A stretch of DNA of 64,000 bases from an uncultured Candidatus Bathyarchaeia archaeon (GTDB lineage Archaea; Thermoproteota; Bathyarchaeia; 40CM-2-53-6; CAYOZM01): positions 51,869 through 115,868 of the forward strand of contig CAZHMI010000001.1 of assembly GCA_964533795.1 (NCBI GenBank). The letters are read 5' to 3'. The first letter of the stretch is position 1. Every line of letters begins with the position of its first letter. Of the stretch, positions 30,336-39,197 are shown in pieces. The notes beneath the pieces were generated by a model. It was not told the origin of the DNA and searched no databases. It saw only the letters and a program-made list of their open reading frames with translations. The position numbers were made by a program, and so were the translations under genes.

Positions 30336-30794
30336 CTATTTCGCTCTCTTAGCAGGCAGCAATGATAATTCAAAAGCCCTCTCAGAATCTACAATATGCA
30401 CAACTCGAATACCTCTACGTTGAAGAGATCTGGCTATGAAGCGTCTATGACACTTGAACACGATCTTTTCGCTACACATTATAGCTACTCTGCGATTCCG
30501 AGCAAGTTCCTTAACCTGCTTTAGCCCCCTCTTGAATTCTTCAGTCCTCATATGCCTTTCATATCCGCCTTTACGAAAACCTCCTAGCAGATCACCCAGA
30601 TGCTCGTAGCGGATACTCCCTTTGTTCAGCGCTTCTCGAAGGTTTTCTTTCTTGAACCACTCCCACTTGGAAGAGGGAAAACGTCTCACATCAACTACAA
30701 GTTCTATGCCGTACTTCTTCAGAATCCCTAAGAATTCATCAAGAGGTCTATTGCTGTGTCCGACAGAAAAAATTGTCAGGATACGCTTCTTCAT
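30336..30794 (-). CDS. DUF488 family protein
   Basis: N-terminus TIFSVGHSNRPLDEF...LVVDVRRFPSS is typical of DUF488. Confidence 0.55.
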   Translation of the reverse strand: MKKRILTIFSVGHSNRPLDEFLGILKKYGIELVVDVRRFPSSKWEWFKKENLREALNKGSIRYEHLGDLLGGFRKGGYERHMRTEEFKRGLKQVKELARNRRVAIMCSEKIVFKCHRRFIARSLQRRGIRVVHIVDSERAFELSLLPAKRAK

Positions 30795-30805
30795 TAGACC
30801 ACGTA

Positions 30806-31678
30806 CTAGATTCTAGGTTTCATAGCTACGCCTTTAGCATTCACCTGATACCAATACTGCTTGGTAGAGTACTGCATCTCTCTAAGCTTCTGAACTTGCA
30901 ATATAGATTTAGACCCATGTTTATCATCAACTTTCTTTATCTCGATCACCCCGTCGACGATGTGTTCCAACGCTTTTACAGTCTCAGGCTTGTGCGCGCC
31001 CTTGTGTATAACATAGATCAACGTGTTTCCGTAATTCTTCTGAGCGGCCATTTGGTGATGGATATAGTTGAAAACTTCCTTTTCATCCTGTGAAGAAAGC
31101 AACAGAGTTGAAAGCGAGTCGACAACTCCACGAAGGTTGTTCTTTGGTTTAACGGATGAAACGACGAGGCGAATAACATCGTGAACTTCCTTTATGTTCC
31201 TGATATCGTGGACAACATGTTTTACATCAGATTGGAACTCCCCCCAACCAAAAGCGTCCGTGAACCCATCGATTAGAAATAGCTTACCAAGGTTCACAAA
31301 CTTCTGAACGTCCATCGCATAAGAAGCCAGCATCTTCATTATCATTCTAGGCGGATGTTCAGTGTTCAATATGTAGCAGAACTCGTTTTTTCGAAGCCCT
31401 TCCGCAATAAAATGTGCAATCAATGCGTCAGGTTTTGTGCCAGTATCTTCCTCAAGAAGTAGAACTGTTCCTCGAGGCACTCCGCCTCCTAATGCTTTAT
31501 CTAGGACGCTCAGACCGAACATAGCTAACTCCGATTGTGCCAAGAAAGAGAGCCCTCCAAGAGAATGAGCATACTTCCATAAGCTCAGGCTGTCATTAAA
31601 TGTAAGCATTTCGGAGGGGAAAGCGACTTGCCGACAATTAGAGGATTCCAGAAATTGATGAAGAGGATGTACATACAC
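30806..31678 (-). CDS. KaiC/RecA-superfamily ATPase-fold protein with degenerate Walker A (likely non-catalytic)
   Basis: LDKALGGGVPRGTVLLLEEDTGTKPD matches the KaiC-domain entry, but GxxGxGKT is replaced by EEDTGTKP. The annotated 5' end overlaps the divergent MazG ORF, so the true start is probably internal. Confidence 0.55.
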   Translation of the reverse strand: MYVHPLHQFLESSNCRQVAFPSEMLTFNDSLSLWKYAHSLGGLSFLAQSELAMFGLSVLDKALGGGVPRGTVLLLEEDTGTKPDALIAHFIAEGLRKNEFCYILNTEHPPRMIMKMLASYAMDVQKFVNLGKLFLIDGFTDAFGWGEFQSDVKHVVHDIRNIKEVHDVIRLVVSSVKPKNNLRGVVDSLSTLLLSSQDEKEVFNYIHHQMAAQKNYGNTLIYVIHKGAHKPETVKALEHIVDGVIEIKKVDDKHGSKSILQVQKLREMQYSTKQYWYQVNAKGVAMKPRI

Positions 31679-31921
31679 CGTGATGTAAAGAGAGGCCCAG
31701 AACGGACGATGCTCTGGTTTGTTTCTGAGGTCGGAGAGTTCGTCGAGGCTTTCGTTAAGAAGAATAGATCAAGCATGGAGGATGAGGCCGCTGATGTTCT
31801 GGCGTGGCTCTGTAGCATATGTAATTTGTTGGAAGTGGATCTTGAACAAACAGTCAAAAGGAAATACCGAAAGTGCCCTCTTTGCAAGAGCCTTCCATGC
31901 AAATGCACTCGCGAGCCCTAG
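31628..31921 (+). CDS. MazG-like nucleotide pyrophosphohydrolase domain protein (small)
   Basis: VSEVGEFVEAF ... EAADVLAWL is the EExxE/D metal-binding helix pair of MazG. It has a C-terminal Cys cluster (CPLCKSLPCKC). Confidence 0.55.
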   Translation: MPTIRGFQKLMKRMYIHRDVKRGPERTMLWFVSEVGEFVEAFVKKNRSSMEDEAADVLAWLCSICNLLEVDLEQTVKRKYRKCPLCKSLPCKCTREP

Positions 31922-32014
31922 AGCGAGTTTGAGAAGGCGCGCTTGACGACATTTACCCCCAATACCTAAATTAATCGAAGCTGCTTTGATGACTAGGCCT
32001 GGAAGGGAGAACCG

Positions 32015-33886
32015 TTGGTTGACTGTGCGCCGGGAAAACTGTTGCGTGTCAATCTCTCTTCATCGAAAATCAAAACAGAAACGATTCCTACTCAGATCTA
32101 CAAAAACTTTCTTGGAAGCAAAGGCTTCTCCGCACAACTACTCTTCAGGGAGCTCAAAGCTCACACAAATCCACTGAGCGAGATGAATAGACTCGTATTT
32201 ATGACTGGGCCTCTTACCGGCACAGCAGCTCCAGCTGCCTGCAAATTCTCAGTGGCTACGAGAAGCCCCTTGACTGGAACTTGGCTTGATGCACATTGCG
32301 GAGCATTGTGGGGGACTGAGCTAAGATCCGCTGGGTTCGAAGGAGTCATAATAGAGGGACGGGCATTGAAACCGGTATACCTGCACATTGAAGACGATCA
32401 AGCGCAGATCTGTGATGCTTCTCATCTTTGGGGGAAGAACACTTTCGAAACAATGGAGATTTTGAGGGAGCGGCACAAAACGGATAGAACCGTCAGGGTT
32501 GCGTCTATCGGTCGATGTGGCGAAAATCTTGGGCTACTGGCAAGTATTATCGCTGATGTTAGAGCTGCTGGAAGAGGCGGCTCTGGCGCTGTAATGGGCT
32601 CGAAGAATTTGAAAGCCATCTCTGTTGTTGGACACAGAAACTTGGACGTTGCGCAACCGGAGGAGTTCCGTGAAGCATGCAACGTTGCAAATCAGAAGAT
32701 TAGAGAGAATGAAGTTACAAGCGTTAGCCTGCCGAACTACGGAACGGCAAACATTGCGCTTGCGGTGAATGAGGTTGGAGGCTGGCCTACTAGAAACTTC
32801 CAGTCAGGATATTTCAATGGAGCGGATGAGGTGAGTGGTGAAGCTTTCAGTGAAGATCTTTGGGATGGCGGTCGCGCTTGGAGACCTTGTTTCGGTTGCA
32901 CGATTAGATGCTCGCACGTGAGCAAACTCACAAACGGGAAGTATGCTGGGATCGTGGATGAGGGTCCTGAATACGAGACGATCTGGGCTTTCGGACCTCA
33001 GTGTGGAATCTCAAATAGAGAAGCCATAGCTGCGGCCGATTACTACAGCGACTACTACGGAATCGATACGATATCGTTGGGAAATACAGTAGGCTTCCTC
33101 ATGGAGTGTTATGAGAAAGGACTTATCACAAGCGAAGAGACGAACGGCGTGGAATTAAGATTCGGAAATGATGACGCTTTACTCGCTGCTGTGCATGCTG
33201 CCGGGCGTTTGGAGGGAAGACTAGGCAGATTAGCTGGGAATGGTGTAAAGAGAGCATCAGAACAGATTGGAAGAGGGGCGGAGAAATTCGCTATGCATGT
33301 CAAAGGCTTGGAGATCCCAGCCTACGACCCTCGATCAGCTCAAGGAATGGCTCTTAGCTACATATTGGCTGATAGAGGGGCATGCCATCTTCGACCGTGG
33401 ACTTATGGAGCAGAATGGCTGGGAACAGAGCCTAGGATCGACCCCTTCACCATTGAAGATAAGCCCACTGTGGTCAAAGCGAAGACTGAAGCAGCGGCAA
33501 TAATTGATAGCGTTGGGATTTGTATGTTCGCGACGTTTGCAATATCTGTAGAAGAGGACTTGCTGAATCTGATAAATGCAGCTACGGGCTTCGAGTTTTC
33601 AAGAGAGGATTTCATGTTGATCGGAGAACGAATCAATAATCTAACTCGTTCATTCAATGTTAGAGAGGGGTTTACGAGCAAAGATGATAAACTCCCTTGG
33701 AGAGCAGTTTACGAGCCAGCTCCTGAAGGGGGATGTAAAGGTATGACTGCCAAAGCTCAAGAAATACTGCAACGCTACTATAGAATCTCGGGTTGGACAA
33801 CGGATGGAATACCAAAAAGAGAGAAGTTGAAACAACTCGGACTGGACTTCGTAGTTGACGAGTTATATCCAAGAGAAAGAAAGTGA
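32015..33886 (+). CDS. Tungsten-containing aldehyde:ferredoxin oxidoreductase (AOR family)
   Basis: 623 aa; N-terminal AOR_N domain pattern; Cys ligands (CFGCTIRC); overall AOR-family similarity. Confidence 0.85.
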   Translation: MVDCAPGKLLRVNLSSSKIKTETIPTQIYKNFLGSKGFSAQLLFRELKAHTNPLSEMNRLVFMTGPLTGTAAPAACKFSVATRSPLTGTWLDAHCGALWGTELRSAGFEGVIIEGRALKPVYLHIEDDQAQICDASHLWGKNTFETMEILRERHKTDRTVRVASIGRCGENLGLLASIIADVRAAGRGGSGAVMGSKNLKAISVVGHRNLDVAQPEEFREACNVANQKIRENEVTSVSLPNYGTANIALAVNEVGGWPTRNFQSGYFNGADEVSGEAFSEDLWDGGRAWRPCFGCTIRCSHVSKLTNGKYAGIVDEGPEYETIWAFGPQCGISNREAIAAADYYSDYYGIDTISLGNTVGFLMECYEKGLITSEETNGVELRFGNDDALLAAVHAAGRLEGRLGRLAGNGVKRASEQIGRGAEKFAMHVKGLEIPAYDPRSAQGMALSYILADRGACHLRPWTYGAEWLGTEPRIDPFTIEDKPTVVKAKTEAAAIIDSVGICMFATFAISVEEDLLNLINAATGFEFSREDFMLIGERINNLTRSFNVREGFTSKDDKLPWRAVYEPAPEGGCKGMTAKAQEILQRYYRISGWTTDGIPKREKLKQLGLDFVVDELYPRERK

Positions 33887-33892
33887 GAGAAT

Positions 33893-34789
33893 TTGGTCTA
33901 TACACCTGAAGGAATCTTCTCAGCGATGCCGACCCCGTTCAAGAAGGATGAATCACTAGATCTAGATGCTATACGAACCTTGATTAGATTCTACATTGAG
34001 GCAGGGTTGAATGGAGTTCTAGTCTTAGGAACCTCAGGAGAACTCGCCATGCTCACGGACAGAGAAGTAGAACAGGTGGTAAGCGTTGCCGTAGATGAAG
34101 CGAAAGGAAAGACTAGGATAGTGGTAGGAACTGGCGCGCCTTCCACAAAGAAAACCGTACAACTCACCCAATACGCTAAAGATGTTGGAGCTGACGCAGC
34201 ACTCGTAGTAACTCCATACTATTTTCATCTTGGCGCCGTTGGAGTGAAGGATCATTATGTTGCTGTCGCACGAGAAACCCAATTCCCGATCATTGTGTAT
34301 AATATTCCAAGCTTTGCGGGAAACGCGATTACTCCAGACATGATCTACAGGTTCTCACAGGAAGAATACATTGTAGGTATAAAAGACAGCTCCGGAGCAA
34401 TCTTCGATCTTACTGAAATAATTCGGCTCTCCCCTCAAAGAATCTCAGTCTTATGCGGCTGGGACCCATTGCTCATGGCTGGCCTGTTCCTCGGAGCTAA
34501 AGGAGGAATGCTTGGAACTGCAGCTGTGGCGCCTAAACTCGTGTTGGACTTATACAAAGCATCCTTAGATAAACGGGTTGATGAAGCTAGGGACCTACAG
34601 AAGAGGGTCCACTTTATCTTCAGAGCGATGTTTGTCGGAACATTCCCAGCTGCATTGAAGGCAGCTTTGAACCTGATGGAGTTGCCGGGAGGATTTGTTC
34701 GAAGCCCACTTGAAAACTTGAAGACAGCGGAGATGGCGCGAGTTCGGTTCGATCTTGAACGTGCAGGCGTCTTGGAACAACTTGAATAA
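33893..34789 (+). CDS. DapA/DHDPS-family class I aldolase (dihydrodipicolinate synthase / KDG-aldolase-like)
   Basis: GTSGE...; Schiff-base region YNIP; 298 aa. Confidence 0.8.
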   Translation: MVYTPEGIFSAMPTPFKKDESLDLDAIRTLIRFYIEAGLNGVLVLGTSGELAMLTDREVEQVVSVAVDEAKGKTRIVVGTGAPSTKKTVQLTQYAKDVGADAALVVTPYYFHLGAVGVKDHYVAVARETQFPIIVYNIPSFAGNAITPDMIYRFSQEEYIVGIKDSSGAIFDLTEIIRLSPQRISVLCGWDPLLMAGLFLGAKGGMLGTAAVAPKLVLDLYKASLDKRVDEARDLQKRVHFIFRAMFVGTFPAALKAALNLMELPGGFVRSPLENLKTAEMARVRFDLERAGVLEQLE

Positions 34790-34837
34790 AATCTAGTAAG
34801 GAAGTTGTAGTAACCTTCTCGAACGCTATTTCAGTTC

Positions 34838-35611
34838 CTACGTTGCGCAAGGAAGCCCATACTTCGCCAAGGAAATGGTCTTCCGTTGAGTAAGATTTCT
34901 CTCAGTCACTTCTACCGTTCCATCTTCAAAGATGTCTATTAGGTTGAATGAATGGCCTAGCATCCCTCGTGTTCTGACGCTTGAAGTTGTTCCGGCATTA
35001 ACCAGTACCGTATCGTTTATTCTCATGACTCTTGTTACATGCCGATGCCCCATCAAAACGAGATCAATCTTATGCTTAAGCACCATCTCCAAGATGTCCC
35101 CTGCATCTTCTAGCACATTGGCTTCGCGTCCCGAATACGGAACTGGGACCAAATGGTGGTGGAAGACGAGAATCTTAATTGTCCGGCTCGGTAGGGCCCT
35201 AAATTTCTCTTCAAGATAATCCTGCCGCCTTCTGCCGAGTCTTCCATCGTCGCGGTCAGGTTGAGGGCTGTTCGAGATGAATACTATGGCTCTACCAACT
35301 TTGACCTCATAGTCCATGGGTCCTACTGTCTCCTTGAAAAGAGATTGACCGTAATTTCTCTCGTCGTGATTCCCCGGCGCTACCGCAACCTTAGCCTTCA
35401 GCAGCTTCATCTTCTCCACTGCCAACTCATAATCCGCGAGCACCCCAATGTCTGTCAAATCGCCCGAATGAACGATGACATCAGGCAGAGGCTTGAGCCG
35501 ATTTATTTCTCTGGCAGCAGCATTGAACGCCTTCTCGACGAACTGCCCGTACCTTGAGACGTGGGTATCAGAGATCTGAGCTATCCTTAGAGCTAAATCT
35601 GTCATTTTCAA
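34838..35611 (-). CDS. Calcineurin-like metallophosphoesterase
   Basis: Motifs DTH, GDLTD, GNHD, HHH (FHHHL) and GHRH in order. Confidence 0.8.
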   Translation of the reverse strand: MKMTDLALRIAQISDTHVSRYGQFVEKAFNAAAREINRLKPLPDVIVHSGDLTDIGVLADYELAVEKMKLLKAKVAVAPGNHDERNYGQSLFKETVGPMDYEVKVGRAIVFISNSPQPDRDDGRLGRRRQDYLEEKFRALPSRTIKILVFHHHLVPVPYSGREANVLEDAGDILEMVLKHKIDLVLMGHRHVTRVMRINDTVLVNAGTTSSVRTRGMLGHSFNLIDIFEDGTVEVTERNLTQRKTISLAKYGLPCAT

Positions 35612-35818
35612 TCACCCAACATGTTGACTTGAGCGCCGAACATTTAAAGCATAACGATTCCATCTGAGGATCATACTTCACATGAGTTACTACGATCTCA
35701 GTATGACCACACGGAAAGTTCGAAGAGAACTCGAAACAAGATTCCGCGGATCCGCTTATCCGAAGTTGTTCATTCGCTATCATGTCACGATGACCCGGCC
35801 GGTTCGGTTCGGATTTAT

Positions 35819-37177
35819 ATGTTTGAACCGATAAGACTGCACGAGAGGATGGCTACGATGAGTGGAAGCTCAAAAAGCTATGCCGCTATTAAGACAGCTG
35901 TCGATAAGATCAAACTAATAGATACCCATGAGCATCTGCCCCAAGAGTCGGAACGCATAAAAGGTAAGCCCGACCTTTTTGCAACCTTCCTAATCCATTA
36001 CCTGTCTTCAGACTTAGTTTCTGCTGGCATGTCTAAAGACGTACTATATAGGGTTCGGAACGCAAGCCTACCGCTTAACGAGCGATGGAGATTACTAGCC
36101 CCATTTTGGGAGAAGATTCAGAATACCGGTTACGCTAGAACCCTCAATCTAGCTGTTAAGGGACTCTACAATGTCGATGGTCTGAACGAAAGAACGTACA
36201 AGGATTTGGAGACGAAGTTGAGGTCTGCCAATAAGGCAGGATTATACAAGTGGGTGTTGAAGGAGAAGGCGGGCGTAGACCTATCGATTCTTGACAATGA
36301 AACCGTTGATGTTGACCGATCGTTGTTTGCGCCTGTAATTCGATTTGACGAATTTATCCTTCTGAAGGAGAGAGGTGATATAGAAGCGCTGGAGAGAAAA
36401 TGCGAGATGAAGATTCACTCATTGTCAGATTTAACTAAGGCGTTGAGGCTACACTTCAAGAAGCTCTCCAAGTCCATAGTAGGGGTAAAGATAGCATTAG
36501 CCTATAGAAGACCTATTAATTTCGAGAAGACGACGACCGCCGATGCTGAAAGAGTGTTCAACAAGATCTATTCTCAAAAGGTCTTCAGACGAATTGAGTT
36601 GCCGGATGGTGCGAGAATGAACATTCCGGAGGGAATCTCCTTCGAGGAAGCCAAGCCTCTTCAAGACTTCGTTGTTCATAATGTTCTCCAACTCTCAGGG
36701 ACCTACCAGCTGCCGGTCCAGATTCATACAGGCCTTCAGGAAGGAAACGAGAACATGGTCGCAAGCTCCAACCCTGTGCACCTAGTTAACCTTTTCATGG
36801 AGTACAAAGAGGTCAAATTCGATGTGTTTCACGGCGGATACCCGTATACAAGCGAACTCGCAACGCTCGCGAAGAATTTTCCAAATGTTTACGTAGACTT
36901 GTGTTGGCTTCATATAATATCGCCGACAGTAGCTCGTCGTGTGCTTTCAGAACTCATAGATACTGTGCCGAGTAACAAGATCCTCGGATTCGGTGGAGAC
37001 TACAGATTTGTTGAAGGCGTTTATGGACATGCTTTGTTAGCCAGAGAGAATACAGCGAGAGTACTTGCGGAGAAGGTAGAGGAGGACAACTTCACTCAAA
37101 AAGAGGCTCTTCTACTTGCACAAAGACTGCTGAGAGATAATGCAAATGAATTGTACTTTCCGCGTGGACGCCGTTAA
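35819..37177 (+). CDS. Amidohydrolase-superfamily (TIM-barrel metal-dependent hydrolase) protein
   Basis: N-terminal metal-binding IDTHEHL, later HTG..E and CWLH...GGDY elements. Family assignment is tentative. Confidence 0.5.
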   Translation: MFEPIRLHERMATMSGSSKSYAAIKTAVDKIKLIDTHEHLPQESERIKGKPDLFATFLIHYLSSDLVSAGMSKDVLYRVRNASLPLNERWRLLAPFWEKIQNTGYARTLNLAVKGLYNVDGLNERTYKDLETKLRSANKAGLYKWVLKEKAGVDLSILDNETVDVDRSLFAPVIRFDEFILLKERGDIEALERKCEMKIHSLSDLTKALRLHFKKLSKSIVGVKIALAYRRPINFEKTTTADAERVFNKIYSQKVFRRIELPDGARMNIPEGISFEEAKPLQDFVVHNVLQLSGTYQLPVQIHTGLQEGNENMVASSNPVHLVNLFMEYKEVKFDVFHGGYPYTSELATLAKNFPNVYVDLCWLHIISPTVARRVLSELIDTVPSNKILGFGGDYRFVEGVYGHALLARENTARVLAEKVEEDNFTQKEALLLAQRLLRDNANELYFPRGRR

Positions 37178-37188
37178 GAGGAAAATGC

Positions 37189-38502
37189 ATGTCTGATATC
37201 TTTCTAGTGCAGCCCCCCATGCCTGAACATTTGCGTCAATATGCACGAGAGGTTATAGTATGCCCACCTCTAGGACTTGGCTATCTTGCGTCGATCCTTC
37301 TAGAAAAAGGGTTTACCGTAGAACTGAATGACCTTTCTATCGAGAACCCAGACAAGGAAGGAATTGCATCAGAACTCCAAAGAAGACAGCCGAAGATCTT
37401 GGGCGTCACAACTACGACAAGCACCTATAAGAATGCGTTGAATGTCGCCGCGATTGCGAAGGAGATTGATCCTAACATTGTGACGGTTCTAGGAGGCCCG
37501 CATGTAACATTCACGGATGAAGAGACTCTCAGGAATAGGCAGGTGGATGTCGTGGTTCGGCATGAAGGGGAGCTAACAATGCTTGAGCTCTGCCAGAGGA
37601 TCCTAAACGGGGGCGAAGAACTTGAACAAATTGCTGGGATAACGTATCATAAAGATAACGCAATCGTGAAGAATCCAGATCGGCCACTAATCGAGAATCT
37701 CGATCAGATACCGTTCCCAGCAAGACATTTGATGCGATTGGACAAATACCTCTCGCCCGGAGCGATTATCACAAGTCGAGGATGCCCATCGAAATGCATC
37801 TTCTGTGCGGCAGAGGCAATGTCTGGAGGAAAATACCGTGTAAGAAGCCCTGCAAATGTTGTATCTGAGATTGAGAAAATGGCAAACGATTTCAACCCGA
37901 GGTTTTTCTTCATTGCAGATGATACGTTCACTGTTTTCCGAGATAGGACCAGAGAGATCTGTAAACTCTTGCGTAGCCTTGCGAAGAAAGTCGAGTGGGT
38001 GTGCGAGTCCAGAGCCAACTTCATAGACAAACCTATACTGCAAGAGATGGCTGAGGCAGGGTGCACTGCAATCCAATTTGGAGTTGAATCTGGTTCAGAG
38101 AAGATTCTGAAATCGATCAAGAAAGGGATTAATCTCGATCAAGTGAGAAGAGCTGTTCGATGGGCTGTCGACGCGAAGATCCTGCCCGTTTGCAGCTTCA
38201 TGGTCCCTCACCCTGAAGACACTTGGAAGACTGTGAAGGAGACGAAGAAGTTCATGCTCGAATTGAAAGACATGGGTGCATTCATCTACGTCAGCATGAC
38301 CACGCCGTTTCCCGGGACCCACCTGTATTTGCATGCTAAGGAGTTGGGAGTGACAATAGTCACTGAGGATATGGATAAGTATGATTTGACTGGCGAGAGC
38401 CCAGTGATGAGAACCCGCAACTTGTCAGTCGAAGCGATAAAGGCTGCGTATGATGATCTCGTATCGATCTGCCCCGAAGAGCCACCGTACCTTAAAAGAT
38501 AA
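37189..38502 (+). CDS. B12-binding domain / radical SAM domain protein
   Basis: N-terminal cobalamin-binding-like Rossmann region, then TSRGCPSKCIFCAA (CxxxCxxC radical SAM cluster). Confidence 0.8.
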   Translation: MSDIFLVQPPMPEHLRQYAREVIVCPPLGLGYLASILLEKGFTVELNDLSIENPDKEGIASELQRRQPKILGVTTTTSTYKNALNVAAIAKEIDPNIVTVLGGPHVTFTDEETLRNRQVDVVVRHEGELTMLELCQRILNGGEELEQIAGITYHKDNAIVKNPDRPLIENLDQIPFPARHLMRLDKYLSPGAIITSRGCPSKCIFCAAEAMSGGKYRVRSPANVVSEIEKMANDFNPRFFFIADDTFTVFRDRTREICKLLRSLAKKVEWVCESRANFIDKPILQEMAEAGCTAIQFGVESGSEKILKSIKKGINLDQVRRAVRWAVDAKILPVCSFMVPHPEDTWKTVKETKKFMLELKDMGAFIYVSMTTPFPGTHLYLHAKELGVTIVTEDMDKYDLTGESPVMRTRNLSVEAIKAAYDDLVSICPEEPPYLKR

Positions 38503-38580
38503 TGCGCCTCGAGTGTAGTTGAGGGTCAAGGTAAGAGAGGGTGTGGTCTCTGCTTAGAGGAAACTGAGGGTTGAGAATAA

Positions 38581-38784
38581 TCACTGGCGTCTTCCACACA
38601 TTAAGCAGTATATGTCATCCTTTGGCATTTGCGCTCCGCAATAGAGACATTGTTTCGTTTCGATAGCGTGGACTTGAGCTGGAATCTTTCTTGAGATAAC
38701 TCTTCTTCTAAGCATAGTCCACATGATTAAAGCCCCAACCCCGAGGCCAATGGATATTCCTGCGATTACGTAGACCTGAATCAA
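38581..38784 (-). CDS. Small membrane protein with C-terminal zinc ribbon
   Basis: TM helix (VIAGISIGLGVGALIMW) plus CLYCGAQ...CLMCG. Confidence 0.35.
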   Translation of the reverse strand: MIQVYVIAGISIGLGVGALIMWTMLRRRVISRKIPAQVHAIETKQCLYCGAQMPKDDIYCLMCGRRQ

Positions 38785-38921
38785 GAAATTCAGTCTCTAA
38801 GAATGGCAGATAAGAGAGGTTTCACTATTTTGTTATAGATGAGCTGCAAAAGAGAAAAAGACTCGGATGATCTTAGAGTTGAAGCAGACAGTTCTTTACA
38901 GTATTTAAGCAAGAAATAGGC

Positions 38922-39179
38922 TCACTGGAGCTTCTGTTGCCCCAGATTGGTTAGCGCCCAGATGAAGGGCTTTTTAGCACCAGAACAGGAAACGAGCTTC
39001 TCAGTCCTCAGGGATTTCAAGTGATAAATTACGCATGCGTATGAGAGCCCTGACTCTTTGCAAAGGTCCCGTGCGCCCTTGTTGCCGGTTTCAAGGACAT
39101 TAAGAATCTTGGTCCTAGTGATAAGCCCAGCTTTCACGTTCCTCTTGCGCCGCAAATATGCGTTTGGATGAAAAGGCAA
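38922..39179 (-). CDS. Small winged-helix transcriptional regulator
   Basis: ILNVLETGNKGARDLCKESGLSYACVIYHLKSLRTEKLV is wHTH-like (ArsR/PadR-type). Confidence 0.45.
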   Translation of the reverse strand: MPFHPNAYLRRKRNVKAGLITRTKILNVLETGNKGARDLCKESGLSYACVIYHLKSLRTEKLVSCSGAKKPFIWALTNLGQQKLQ

Positions 39180-39197
39180 ACCTGTACCCTCGCTAAA

